From positions 186,001 through 250,000 of the forward strand of contig OW569391.1 in NCBI GenBank assembly GCA_937625935.1: a stretch of DNA of 64,000 nt. Direction: 5' to 3'. Origin of the DNA: Tetramitus jugosus (lineage: Eukaryota > Protista > Heterolobosea). The notes beneath the pieces are model-generated. The model had not been told where the DNA came from. It did no database searches and was given only the letters and a program-made list of their open reading frames with translations. The position numbers and the translations under genes are program-made. Positions 12,511 to 22,908 of this stretch are shown here, piece by piece; positions within the stretch are counted from its first letter, which is position 1; every line of letters begins with the position of its first letter.

Positions 12511-13143
12511 TCATGAGGCGACCTTGTTGGAATCGAAATCATGTTTGGTTCGTCGACGATGATCGTCATGGGCTGCCTTACTCAAACTCAGTTCACTCAC
12601 GACATCCACTTGAATTACCGGATAAGAGAGAGCAGTAAGGGCTGTGAGGGTAGAGTTCAAAGATAACTTCTGAAAGGGGTTCGAATCTTTGGTACCTCCC
12701 CTACGATTTTCAATGTCCTTATGCTCAAACCACATGCCACATTCTTCTAACCTCATCATGTTCAGTTCATAGCATCCAGTTCTCTTCTCAATAAAATGCC
12801 TACAGTTACTGTGATCGACTGGCAGGATGGACAAGTGATACTTCTTGGAGGAGAAGTCATTGATCCAAGGACAACACACGAGATCACCTTGGGTTAGCAG
12901 ATCGCTGCTGTATTCTTGCGCTATCAATGCTAACCCAATTTTCTCATTGTCCATTAGCTCTGCCACCATGTTCAGTGGTTGATTCATCGCAACGGCTAAT
13001 CCTAACACAGCTATATTGACCCATTGCATCAAGGGACCTCTCTGACTACATAGTCTCTTCAAATTGTCCAATGCAATAGTCGTAGAAGGAGTTTCAACTA
13101 TTGGATAACGGGTTCTAGGTATCAACATAAAGTTTGTACTCAT
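12511..13143 (-). CDS. Hypothetical protein (about 210 aa)
   Basis: Open frame with protein-like composition; no recognised motif; start uncertain. Confidence 0.4.
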   Translation of the reverse strand: MSTNFMLIPRTRYPIVETPSTTIALDNLKRLCSQRGPLMQWVNIAVLGLAVAMNQPLNMVAELMDNEKIGLALIAQEYSSDLLTQGDLVCCPWINDFSSKKYHLSILPVDHSNCRHFIEKRTGCYELNMMRLEECGMWFEHKDIENRRGGTKDSNPFQKLSLNSTLTALTALSYPVIQVDVVSELSLSKAAHDDHRRRTKHDFDSNKVAS

Positions 13144-13332
13144 TTCTCTTTTTACGTTTGACTTCGAAAATTCTGTTCGATGTTGTTGCCACAAACATCA
13201 GTAACAATCAAGTCGAGTTACTCGATAAGGAAGAACAAAAAGGGGCAAAAAGGGGCTACTTTTATGGCAAGATAGGGAGGTAACTTTTTTCCATCGATGG
13301 AACCCCGAAGAGATGAGGTCACTGGTTTCTCA

Positions 13333-14625
13333 TCACAAATTATGGTACAGTCGTTCAGCTATCCCGTCTTGGTTTTTTTGGTTCAACTCTTTGAGTGATA
13401 AGTAACCGAGATGAGGGATGTAGAAGGAATCATTTTCTTTGGTTATGCTACTGGCAGAAGGATGAGTCAACAAGCAAGCCCACAAGTTATCCTCGACTGT
13501 CAACTTGAAACAGTTATAGTCATCTTCGGTAGGATCTGCCCATCTCTTATCAATCAACAACTTCACTACTGGATTGTTCAACTCAACACAAGCTTCTTCC
13601 AAAAAGATTTGCATATTCAATTTGTTTCTCATACATTCATCTTTCATTATCCACTCAAGTATATGTTCCAAAGACGTGATATTCCTTTTCATCAATCCAA
13701 AGGATGTTATCAATTGTCGTGTGGGGTGATTTGACTTTCTCAAGATGTGTTTCACAATGACTGAGAATTGCTCTCTGCTCGAGAATCTTTCATTCATGTG
13801 CAATTGGTCGGCTATAAATTTGAATTCGTTTAGACCCTGAACGAATGACGAGCTCATAATCCCATTAATATCCTCAACTGAGTATCTACGAACCATATGA
13901 ATGGTCTTAAAGCTGGTCCAAATCATTAAACTATGTCTCGAATCAAAGTACTTATGGTTGATTAAGTGACTTGGTACAGGATATTCACTCTTGCAATACT
14001 TTCTGACAAGTTCATCAAACCCATCAGGATAAAGTTGAACGAACTCATCTACCAACTCGTGGACCTTCCGAGGTTCACTTAGTGCTCCTCTTAATTCATA
14101 GTACACTAGATCAATAACAGAATCAAGCATAGCCATACTTTTCAAATGAGGATAACGAGTCAAAATCCAAAGAAGAGAATAGAGTTTCCCTGACTCCATA
14201 TCTTCCATAAGTTTCTGCCAAATATAATGAGAATAACAATCGAGAAGATTGTAATTTTCAATAATGCTGCAAAATTGAGTGGACACGAGCCTCATCGAAC
14301 ACAAGGACTCTGCAGGCAGAAATGAGAGAATATCGGAACAAACATCATCAATCCACCTTAAATCAGCGAAACAATTGCATAATTTTAATCTTTGTAATTC
14401 ACTCCACCATGAATTCAACAATAAGCAGGATTCCACAGTCAAACAACGATGAAAAGTACTCTGATCCTCTTCATGGCACATTTCCAACGTTGGTTTTACT
14501 CCATGGAGATTGAATTGTTGCACATTATTGCAGTGTTGTTTCTTTGGTCTGTTATCGTTTCTGGGTTTGGATGTTCTGTGGCTTGCTCGAATTCTTCGAT
14601 TCTCGTGATGCAGACCTCTTCCCAT
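13333..14625 (-). CDS. F-box protein with helical/ankyrin-like C-terminal region (paralog 1, open frame)
   Basis: F-box-like DDVCSDILSFLPAESLCSMRLVSTQF; collinear similarity to the copies at 16326-19495. Confidence 0.75.
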   Translation of the reverse strand: MGRGLHHENRRIRASHRTSKPRNDNRPKKQHCNNVQQFNLHGVKPTLEMCHEEDQSTFHRCLTVESCLLLNSWWSELQRLKLCNCFADLRWIDDVCSDILSFLPAESLCSMRLVSTQFCSIIENYNLLDCYSHYIWQKLMEDMESGKLYSLLWILTRYPHLKSMAMLDSVIDLVYYELRGALSEPRKVHELVDEFVQLYPDGFDELVRKYCKSEYPVPSHLINHKYFDSRHSLMIWTSFKTIHMVRRYSVEDINGIMSSSFVQGLNEFKFIADQLHMNERFSSREQFSVIVKHILRKSNHPTRQLITSFGLMKRNITSLEHILEWIMKDECMRNKLNMQIFLEEACVELNNPVVKLLIDKRWADPTEDDYNCFKLTVEDNLWACLLTHPSASSITKENDSFYIPHLGYLSLKELNQKNQDGIAERLYHNL

Positions 14626-14839
14626 GGTGTTGGTTTGTTGTGATCTAGCAACCAGATGGGAGTTCCGTTTTGTCACAGAACATCCAAGATAAAAAATATT
14701 TATAGTCCAATTCAATGCCAGACTGCGACCTTTCTCTTCACCTCACTACTACTCCAAAAAGTATTGAGCTGATATCTCGTTTGTTGTCAACTCTCAGTCC
14801 CAGGAACCACAGCTGCGAGTCGACAAAAAGTGTGCCTAT

Positions 14840-14912
14840 TAGCAATTCCAGGTATCGATCCTGGGACCTACGGGTTATGAGCCCGTCGCGCTAACCGCTG
14901 CGCCAAATTGCT
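14840..14912 (-). tRNA. Initiator tRNA-Met (CAT)
   Basis: AGCAATT/AATTGCT acceptor stem with A1:U72, anticodon arm ACGGG-CTCATAA-CCCGT with three G:C pairs, T-loop starting ATCG (A54), downstream T-run. Confidence 0.95.
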
Positions 14913-15072
14913 TGGTGATAGTACTGGAACTCTCGCTCATCAGTCTCGAAATTGAACAATTTTTTGTAGCCGTGTTCGCCGCTCGTCGGAGTTGTTCAAT
15001 TTTACTCCGATGTTCATTCTTTTCTGGGACAAGTGGCAAGCCAAGAAAAACAAAACCAATCGTGTGGCCAAC

Positions 15073-16298
15073 ATGAACGCAGGCAAGTCTCTGGTTTTGG
15101 AAGATGTCACCAAAAAGTTTAAGAATTACGATACGAAATCTCCCAGAAGCCTAAACCCAACTTCCGAAAGAGAGATGCTATCTTTGGCCTGTTCTTTTCA
15201 ATGCGGAAGCTCGTGGTTCTTTCTGGGTTGTACGGGCAAAGGTTGGCCGTTGATGTATGAGTTGGACATGGAGCATAAGGAATGGAAGAGTGTGAAATCA
15301 TTGGGTGAAAACCAAGATGATCCTTGGAGAGCATCGTAAGTGTGAATATTGCCTTCTTAAGTCTTTTGTAATGTGGTATTTTTTTGTAATGACAACTCTT
15401 TGTAATGTGTTCCTCATTTTGTGTCACACATTTGTTCAACAGAGGAATGTACTCTGTTGTGTCAAATGGAGAGAAAGCGTATTGGTACGGAGGATCAGAT
15501 GCCTTCTTTTATTCTCCATTAACTGAGTTGCAAGTGTTTGATCCAGCGTTAGGAGAGTGGAGAGCGATCACACCTCAGGTGAACATTGATTCTGAAGGTG
15601 GTGAACATCCATCCTTAGAGTATTGTGATTCTACGGTTCCATTGGATACGGATCATATTTATGATGGAGGGCCTTGCTTGTTCACATTTGGTGGATACAA
15701 TGATCACGAACTAGTGTGTTACAACAATCTTTATCGCTTTGACATCCAATCAAAGACTTGGACCACGATGAAATCGGCGATTAAACCCAATGAACGATGC
15801 AATTCGACCATGGTTCACTTGAGGAGTCAGAAAAAGTTGTTGATGTATGGTGGAGGTAATATGAAGAAGAATTATGATGATCTATGGACATTTGACCTTA
15901 GCGAGGAGAGAACAGGATGGCAGCAGGTTTCTTCAACAGGTGAATCGCCTGTTGGATCAACACCCAGTGTAGTTGCAGCGATTCGAGGACCAGAGCCCCA
16001 GATATTAGTCGTGAGAGAGAGTGGCACGACACAGGAGCTTTTATTTTATTTACTGGATTGCTCAACGTTGCATTGGACAATTCTCAACTCCCACATTAGA
16101 GTGAAGGCACAATTTATTTCAATTTTTCAACTCGAGTATCAAGATATGAGAACTCGTTTCTTTCTGTACCTCGACCCACCTGGTCAACCAGAACAAGTTT
16201 TTTCTGTCTCCATCAACACTAATCGAATGCTGCGAGTTTTACATGAATCCTCATTGAGAAGTCACTTGTTTGATGTAATTATCAAATATAGCACCTGA
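15073..16298 (+). CDS. Kelch-repeat protein; 2 exons (intron 15336-15442)
   Basis: YWYGG, FTFGGY...NNLYRFD...W and LMYGG...DDLWTFD repeats; the GTAAGT..CAG intron joins the two ORFs in frame. Confidence 0.85.
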
Positions 16299-16325
16299 GT
16301 TACTCAGGCTCGGAGAAAAACAAAC

Positions 16326-17880
16326 CTATGAATTATTATTATTTCGACATTGGATTTTATCGTATTGCTGCATGAAGCCACGCCTGTAAGTTAGATAGCG
16401 CCTCGCATCCTTTGAAATAATATTGTTACACGCGTAGTCAACAAGGAACTCTTGGATTTCAGGATGTTTGTCGGGATTCAAGTCGTCTCTCCTCTGCAAA
16501 TATTTCATGCTATCTCGTTTAGAGACATGCATTGCTCTGCTGAGATATTTTTACTGTAGAGAGCACTTGTTTGACGTTCTTGTGTTGTTGTCAGGTTTGG
16601 TACTATGAGCAGATGCTCTATGTTGTCGCACCAAATCATAATAGCTCTCTTCAATGTTCATTCTTGTTTTGGCAGAGCTCTCCATGTACTGCAATCCTCT
16701 TTCGCTACAAAACTCGTTAATCTCTTGTTCCGATACAGTTCTATCTGATTCCAAGTCAATCTTGGTGCCAACGACGATCATGGGCACTCGGTCAACATCT
16801 TTCGTACGCAGAACATCGTTCCAATAAGTTTCCAGCTGTTGGAACGATTCCTGGTTATTAATGGCAAACATGAGCATGAAGCAGTGAGCTCTCTTAATGG
16901 CCTTATCTTTCATCCAATTGATCTCATCTGAACTCATTAGAAAGTGACTCTCCAACATACATGGCTCATCATCCACCACACTGCTTTCTCTGGGGATCAA
17001 ATTCACAAAGTGCAGGGTCATAATTTTGCCGAAAAACATGTTCCAGGAATTGAACCTGATGAGAAAACTTGCCAACACCTGGAAAGCCAAGGAGCAGCAC
17101 CCTAATCTCAGCAAGGTCCATTTCGTCCACCTTTCGTGTTTTTGATTGATTTTTTCCTTTCTCCGATCACATTGTTTGTCACGTGACAAAACGCAAGCGA
17201 AAGAGAGCCAGTGTATTGAAAAGCCGGAATATATTCATAGTCAGAAACTAGAGCTCGGACTCTGGCATCGTTGAGTAAATAATAGTTATTTTCATAATCA
17301 GTGATCAAATCTCGAACTATTAGATCCAAGAGTAGTTCAGAAACTGTTTTGTCAAGCCAGAGTGGTAGGCTGTTTTAAACAGTAAGTCTTGTGGACAGAA
17401 GGGTGAGTCAACAATCATGACCACAACTCATCATCCACCTTTAAGTTGAAACATTCATATTGATCCTGAGTGGGATCTGCCATCTCTTATCAATCAACAA
17501 CTTAACCACTGGCTCCACTAACTTCTTCCAAAACACTTGCCAATTCACACTGTCTCTCATCACTGGATCTTCCATGACCCAGTTGAGAATAGATTCCACA
17601 AAAGTGAGATCTCTTCTTGCCAATCTCAGATCTGTTAGCTGCTGTGTTGGCTGATCCGATTGACACAAGATGTGCTTCACAATGTCTGACACTTGTTCAA
17701 TGACAATTGCTCTGTTAAAACCCAAACTTTTTGTCGACAAGTCGTCAAATTGTGTGAGGTGACGTAACGTCACTTCATTTAGGGTGTTGTTCAAATGAGG
17801 ATAGAGAGTCAATATCCAAACAAGCGAAGTTAACCTCCCTTCTCTGATGGCTTCTTCAATCTTCTCCAAGATGTGACCTG
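16326..17880 (-). pseudogene. Degenerate F-box-family paralog 3, interrupted by a Ras gene insertion
   Basis: Fragments SLVWILTLYPHL, PVVKLLIDKRW, LLNDARVRALVSDYEY and YLSRAMH...HPEIQEFL align in order to paralog 2; frameshifts and stops. Confidence 0.85.
16551..17121 (-). pseudogene. Divergent Ras-family small GTPase with one frameshift (about 16975-16985)
   Basis: MDLAEIRVLLLGFPGVGKF..YDPAL..RKQ, then a frame change to VVDDEPCMLE..VVGTKIDL..ESSAKT..CSLQ (CAAX); G3 DTAG is replaced by FLMS. Confidence 0.85.
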
Positions 17881-17997
17881 CATAACTATCTATCTAGAAT
17901 CTGCTAATTGTCGTAGAAAAAATGACCTATCTGGTACAGTTTGATCAGTCGTTTATTTGGTTCTTAATTCGTAATCCCACACTCTCCAGCTCTGGGC

Positions 17998-19495
17998 TCA
18001 GTAAAAGTCATGAAAGTGGCAGTTCGTTCGAACCTTACTTTTCTGGAAGCCAAACCTGGCCGAGAGGTAAGTCAGGACCTCTCTTGAAATGAAATTTCGT
18101 CGTCCATAACTGAGGAGGAACTCTTTGATTTCAGGATGATAGTTCGGATTCAATTCAGGTCTATGAAGCAAGAACTTCAGACAATCTGCACTGCTGGGGT
18201 GCATTGCTCTACTCAAATAGTTTGTCTTGTTTTGTTTTACATCGACACGAAAATAGGTGAAGAGAGTGTCAAGTAGCGTGACATTAGACTTCTCAATGGC
18301 TTCTAACACGAGGTATTCATGATCATTCACTAGAGTTCGGACTCTGGGATCAAGTAACAACTCAGATAGTGTTTTAGAAAGTATAGGCCTTGACGATGCT
18401 GTCCTGAACAAATAGTTGTTGTTGTATATCTTGTCAACACAAGGGTGGCCCAACAAACAAACCCATACATTATCATCCACTTTCAACTTGAAACATCGGT
18501 AGTTTTGTTGAGTGGGATCTGCCCATCTCTTCTGAATCAACAACCTCACGACTGGAACGTTCAATGCAACACAAGCTTCTTCCATAAAGAGTTGAAAATC
18601 TATTCTACCTCCAATGGATTCCTTAAGGATCCATTCGAGTATTTGTTCCACAAATGTGACGTTCTCCTTTTTCGCTAACCCGAAGGAAGTAATCAACTGT
18701 TGTGTTGGCTGGTTTGACTTTCCCAAGATGTTTTTCACAATGGCTGAGAATTTTTCAGTGTTTTCGAGCCATAATCTTTGTCCTGCTATGAACTCGAATT
18801 CGGTAAGGTCTTTTACGAACGAGGAGTTCATAATTCTGTCAATATCCTCCATTGAAAATCTGTTCACTGCATCGATTTTCTTAAAACTTTTCCAAATTAC
18901 TGAACTATGCCCCAGATTAAAGTATCTATGGTTGATTAAGTGCCTGGGAACAGGGTGTTCTCTTACAAAACCATTTTACTGGTTCATCAAACCAATCGGG
19001 AAACAGTTGAACGAAGCCATCCAACAAACTGTGGATCCTCTGTTATTCAGGTTCATTTTCTCTCGATCCATAGTACTGACTTTCAACAAGTGATGTATAG
19101 AATAATAAATCTATGACGGTGTCTTGCTTTTGTAATTTCAGCTGAGGATAACCAGTCAGAATCCAAAAAAGAGAGAAGAGGTTTTTTGTAGTGATATGAG
19201 ACTGTAGTTTCTGCAAGATGTAGTCTGCATGAGCATCGATGAGATTGTAATCTTCAATAATGTTGTAAAATTGTTTGGATACAAGTCTCATCGAACATAA
19301 TGATTCAGGAGGGAGAAGTGAGAGAATGTGAGAACAATCATCATCATTGGTGGTCAAGCCAGCAAAATAATTCCGGAATGAGTTTAATTCATTCCACAAC
19401 AAGTTTAAGAGCCTGCAGGAGTCAACAGCCAGACAACTTTTTCTGAGAAAGAGGAAGACGATTCTCATCTTTCCACCTTGGATGTCAGAAATCAT
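17998..19495 (-). pseudogene. F-box-family paralog 2, nearly full length, with a premature TAA (19043-19045) and a frameshift (about 18960)
   Basis: DDCSHILSLLPPESLCSMRLVSKQF F-box; reading through the stop and frameshift restores FVQLFPD..HPVPRHLINHRYF, collinear with paralog 1. Confidence 0.88.
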
Positions 19496-19632
19496 GTTTC
19501 TATCTACTTGGTCAAAGCAAGGCAGAAATAGCGATGCTTCTCATGAATTACCCTGGATAGACATGACTTTCAAACATCCTGAAATCAAAGAATGATATTT
19601 GAACAGAAACCGAAGTAATGATTTGGTAGTTC

Positions 19633-20068
19633 ATGACACCCACACTTGCCAAAGAGGTGGAGTTCACCACATACCAGGACCTGTACAAGAATAAACATGA
19701 CGACACTGTCTTGTGTCTATCATGTACTGAAATACCTAACTACGAATATGTGGACCATGGAAGGATCAAGGGTATCGATAGCGATAACGTTGATCGCTGG
19801 GTTGCCAAACTCAACTTGAAGGAAGGAGTGCATCCAATGATAGAGTATGTAAGCCAACTCAAACAAGATGCTTTTCTTCGAATTCAGGCCACACAAGCAT
19901 TCCATGAATTTGAAAGAAAATATCATTGATTCTTATCCTTTCTATCCTTCACGTGTGTGGGGGGAAGAAGATGAAGAGAAGGTCAGAGAATACTTTTCCT
20001 CAGAGAGATTCAAGATTCTTCGAAAGGAGATTAACAACATTAAGCAGCAATGCATCCGTCAGTCATAA
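19633..20068 (+). pseudogene. Hypothetical frameshifted ORF pair
   Basis: ORFs 19633-19929 and 19868-20068 overlap and read as one protein with a shift near 19915; no motif recognised. Confidence 0.35.
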
Positions 20069-20348
20069 ACAATCTTTTAGCTAAAACAGGTTTCCGTCCA
20101 AAGAATTTGGTTACTTTTTCAATCAAAACGATTGGGTAGGTTGCTCATTTTCTCTCTTGTGGTTTTCCACTTGAAGGAAGCTCTTGGAGAGTACTTTCTG
20201 AAAGGAGAAGAGCTCAACCAAGGAAGAAGCTTGTGCTGATACATCAAGCATCTGAGAAGAGAAAGAGCCTAAGCCGTGGAGAAAAACCAAAGTAAGGAAG
20301 CCAGGATCAAAAACATCCATTTCAAGATCCAAAATAACAATCAAAAAA

Positions 20349-21869
20349 ATGCAAAGAGCTCTGATTCGCACGCGATATCACTCACAAAGCTTTCAACAAC
20401 TGTTCTCAAATATTCATGGATCCTCATCTGTGTTGCATCACCATCATCAACTACGATGCACCACTACCACGAATAAGATGTTCCTCCAAAGTTCTGCTTC
20501 TTTTCAGCGTTGCATCAACACGAATCATACGACCAATCATTTGACATCTTCCTTCCAACAATACCTCCAACGTTCCTTTCCTCCTACAATTGTTTCTCCC
20601 GCCATTTCTTCCCTCTTTGATTCTAAAACTCCGAAAAAGAGCGCGCTCATCCCACTACAGCAACGCGCATTGATCCGATTGGCGGGAGCTGACACGTTGA
20701 ATTTTTTGCAGGGTCTCGTGACGAATCATGTGATTGATCAATTTGGAGCAAAGCAAGAAAATGGTTCTACGGTGTGTCTCAATGCGGCCATGCTCAACTC
20801 TCGTGGTCGTATGCTATACGATGTGCTATTGACCAGCATCAAGGAGCTAAAGAACAATGTACAACAACAAGAGCTACAACAAGACCATAAAACTACTAGC
20901 CAGGGAACCAAGATTACGGATCAACAGGTGATACTGATGGAGTGTGATCAGAGTGTGGTGGATGCGTTGGTTGCTCATTTGAAGCGATGCAAGATTAGAG
21001 CTAAAGTTGAGATTACAAAGTGTGATCCGAACAAGAGTGGTGTGTTTGCTCTGGTGGGCAATGGTGCACATGAATTAAACCGTGTTCAAATTGCTGATCA
21101 ATTGAGTGCCATGGATGAGCATTCCACTGTTGGTAGCAGTAGTGATGTTCATGGTGTTCGAATGGTGTCTGTGGCTGATCCTAGAGTTCCAAGTGCACTG
21201 GGTCAACGTGTTTATTGCTTTTTTGAGAATGAAAAGGCAAAGAACGAATGGATGACTCAGAAAAAGGATCTCATGACAGAAGGTGATCATCTCTATCAGA
21301 GAATTAGAATACTGTGTGGTGTTTCAGAGGGAAGCAGCGAGATGCCAACTGATGAATCTCTTCCATTGGACAATAATTATGATATTTTACATGGAGTAGA
21401 TTGGCACAAGGGATGCTATGTGGGTCAGGAACTCACTGCGCGATCTCACTTTACGGGACAAGTCAGAAAGAGAGTCTTCCCAGTATATGTGAATGAGGCA
21501 GATCACGATACAAGAATGCAAGTGGGAGACAAGATTGATTTCTGTTCCGATAACAACAAACAAGCACAAGCACCCACCAGACCGGCCCGAAGAGAACGAA
21601 GCGCAGGAAAGATTATCTCAAGTACGCCAGATGGAAAACTCGGTCTGGGTATTGTTCGGTTTGAGACCGTACTTGCAAGACAAGGACAAAGCACGACACA
21701 ATCCCTTTGTTTGAACAAGCAACCTCTCGCGATTGTTCAACCGTATTGGATGAATGATCGAGAGTTGTTCCAAGAGGAGGAAGAAGAGGACGATGATGAA
21801 GACGAAGAGTTTGCCTTTGAAGAAGAGGAAGATGATGATGACGAGGAGGAGGGCAACCAACAACAATAA
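20349..21869 (+). CDS. IBA57: Mitochondrial Fe-S assembly factor IBA57 (GcvT/YgfZ family)
   Basis: FLQGLVTN, LNSRGR and signature KGCYVGQELTAR; transit-peptide-like N-terminus; acidic tail. Confidence 0.95.
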   Translation: MQRALIRTRYHSQSFQQLFSNIHGSSSVLHHHHQLRCTTTTNKMFLQSSASFQRCINTNHTTNHLTSSFQQYLQRSFPPTIVSPAISSLFDSKTPKKSALIPLQQRALIRLAGADTLNFLQGLVTNHVIDQFGAKQENGSTVCLNAAMLNSRGRMLYDVLLTSIKELKNNVQQQELQQDHKTTSQGTKITDQQVILMECDQSVVDALVAHLKRCKIRAKVEITKCDPNKSGVFALVGNGAHELNRVQIADQLSAMDEHSTVGSSSDVHGVRMVSVADPRVPSALGQRVYCFFENEKAKNEWMTQKKDLMTEGDHLYQRIRILCGVSEGSSEMPTDESLPLDNNYDILHGVDWHKGCYVGQELTARSHFTGQVRKRVFPVYVNEADHDTRMQVGDKIDFCSDNNKQAQAPTRPARRERSAGKIISSTPDGKLGLGIVRFETVLARQGQSTTQSLCLNKQPLAIVQPYWMNDRELFQEEEEEDDDEDEEFAFEEEEDDDDEEEGNQQQ

Positions 21870-22251
21870 AACAACATCCAACATCATTATTGACACTGTC
21901 CCATAGATGTCATCTTTTGTTGTTGACAAATGATTGTGTCACACATGTCGTCATCCTCTTTGTTGTCATCATCTCTTCCTCAGACAATATACAATAGTCA
22001 CAATCAACACTGAACAAAACAATAAATATTTTCTCTCATCAATTTCATACAAGGTATTTGCAGTGTGCGCAAATGATATTTTACTCACATCATTCTGATG
22101 ATTGCGCAGCATCACACAATTTCCTCCAATTATTGTTTGTTTCGTTGCATCATCATCATCATCATGACTATTCTCAGCATCATATATTCGCCCATATTTT
22201 TTTGTTCAAAGTACCATATGCATATACAATTTACAATTTCTCTATTATTGT

Positions 22252-22658
22252 CTATTGTTGTTGTTGTTGTTGCTTTTCCAAATCCTTGACCAAATCTTCA
22301 TATAATCTATCCTTAAAGTCACGTGCTTCACCAACATAAGATTTTTGTCTCTCGACAACAAATTGTTTTTGTCTTCGGAGAACACCTTCTCTCATTGAAT
22401 TTTGGAAGCACATGAAAGCTTGACAAAAGTAGGCAGTACCAAGTGTGGCAGCAGCAAAGTGGAATGGACCTGTTTTTTTTAAAAAGCAAGTGTCAGTTGT
22501 CGTGTCCATTGATCATGTGAGAAAGAAAAAAATGTTGGTGGTGAAAGCTTACGTCTTCTGGCAGCAATTCTTTGAATTTTACATGCAAAAAAGTAGCTGG
22601 TAGCACCGAGGACGGCTCCAGTGGCAAATGATTGATCGTAATAAAATTGGAATGGCAT
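22252..22658 (-). CDS. Small membrane protein, possibly complex I B14.5b/NDUFC2-like; 2 exons (intron 22470-22552)
   Basis: Spliced product MPFQFYYDQSFATGAVLGATSYFFACKIQRIAARRRPFHFAAATLG...; two hydrophobic helices around RRP resemble plant B14.5b as recalled; GTAAGC..CAG intron. Confidence 0.55.
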
Positions 22659-22908
22659 CTTTGATGTTTGTGTGAATGCTGTTTTTTTTTGCGTTTTTCT
22701 AGATGTCGGCAAAACAAAAATTGTAATCATAAAATTCTCCGCTGGGATGATTGTATTGAGGAAACTAAGTGGTTAGGCTTCCACCAAGCTAGAATTTATC
22801 CTTCTAAAGATATCTTCCCCAAGTTTCTTCGTGCTTCCCCTTTCTCCGCGAATGTTTACAGTTTTTGGGTTTGTTTGCGACAAACTAAATGAGTGACAAG
22901 AATTGACG

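Noticed and set aside
14913-15070. Retroelement upstream of tRNA-iMet
   Set aside because: No poly(A) tail, TSD or shared 3' motif found; it looks like an empty site.
16928-16960. 33-nt GTATGT..CTAAT..CAG intron-like segment in the Ras gene
   Set aside because: It aligns at equal length to the Ras G3 region, lies downstream of the frameshift, and splicing it would not restore the frame.
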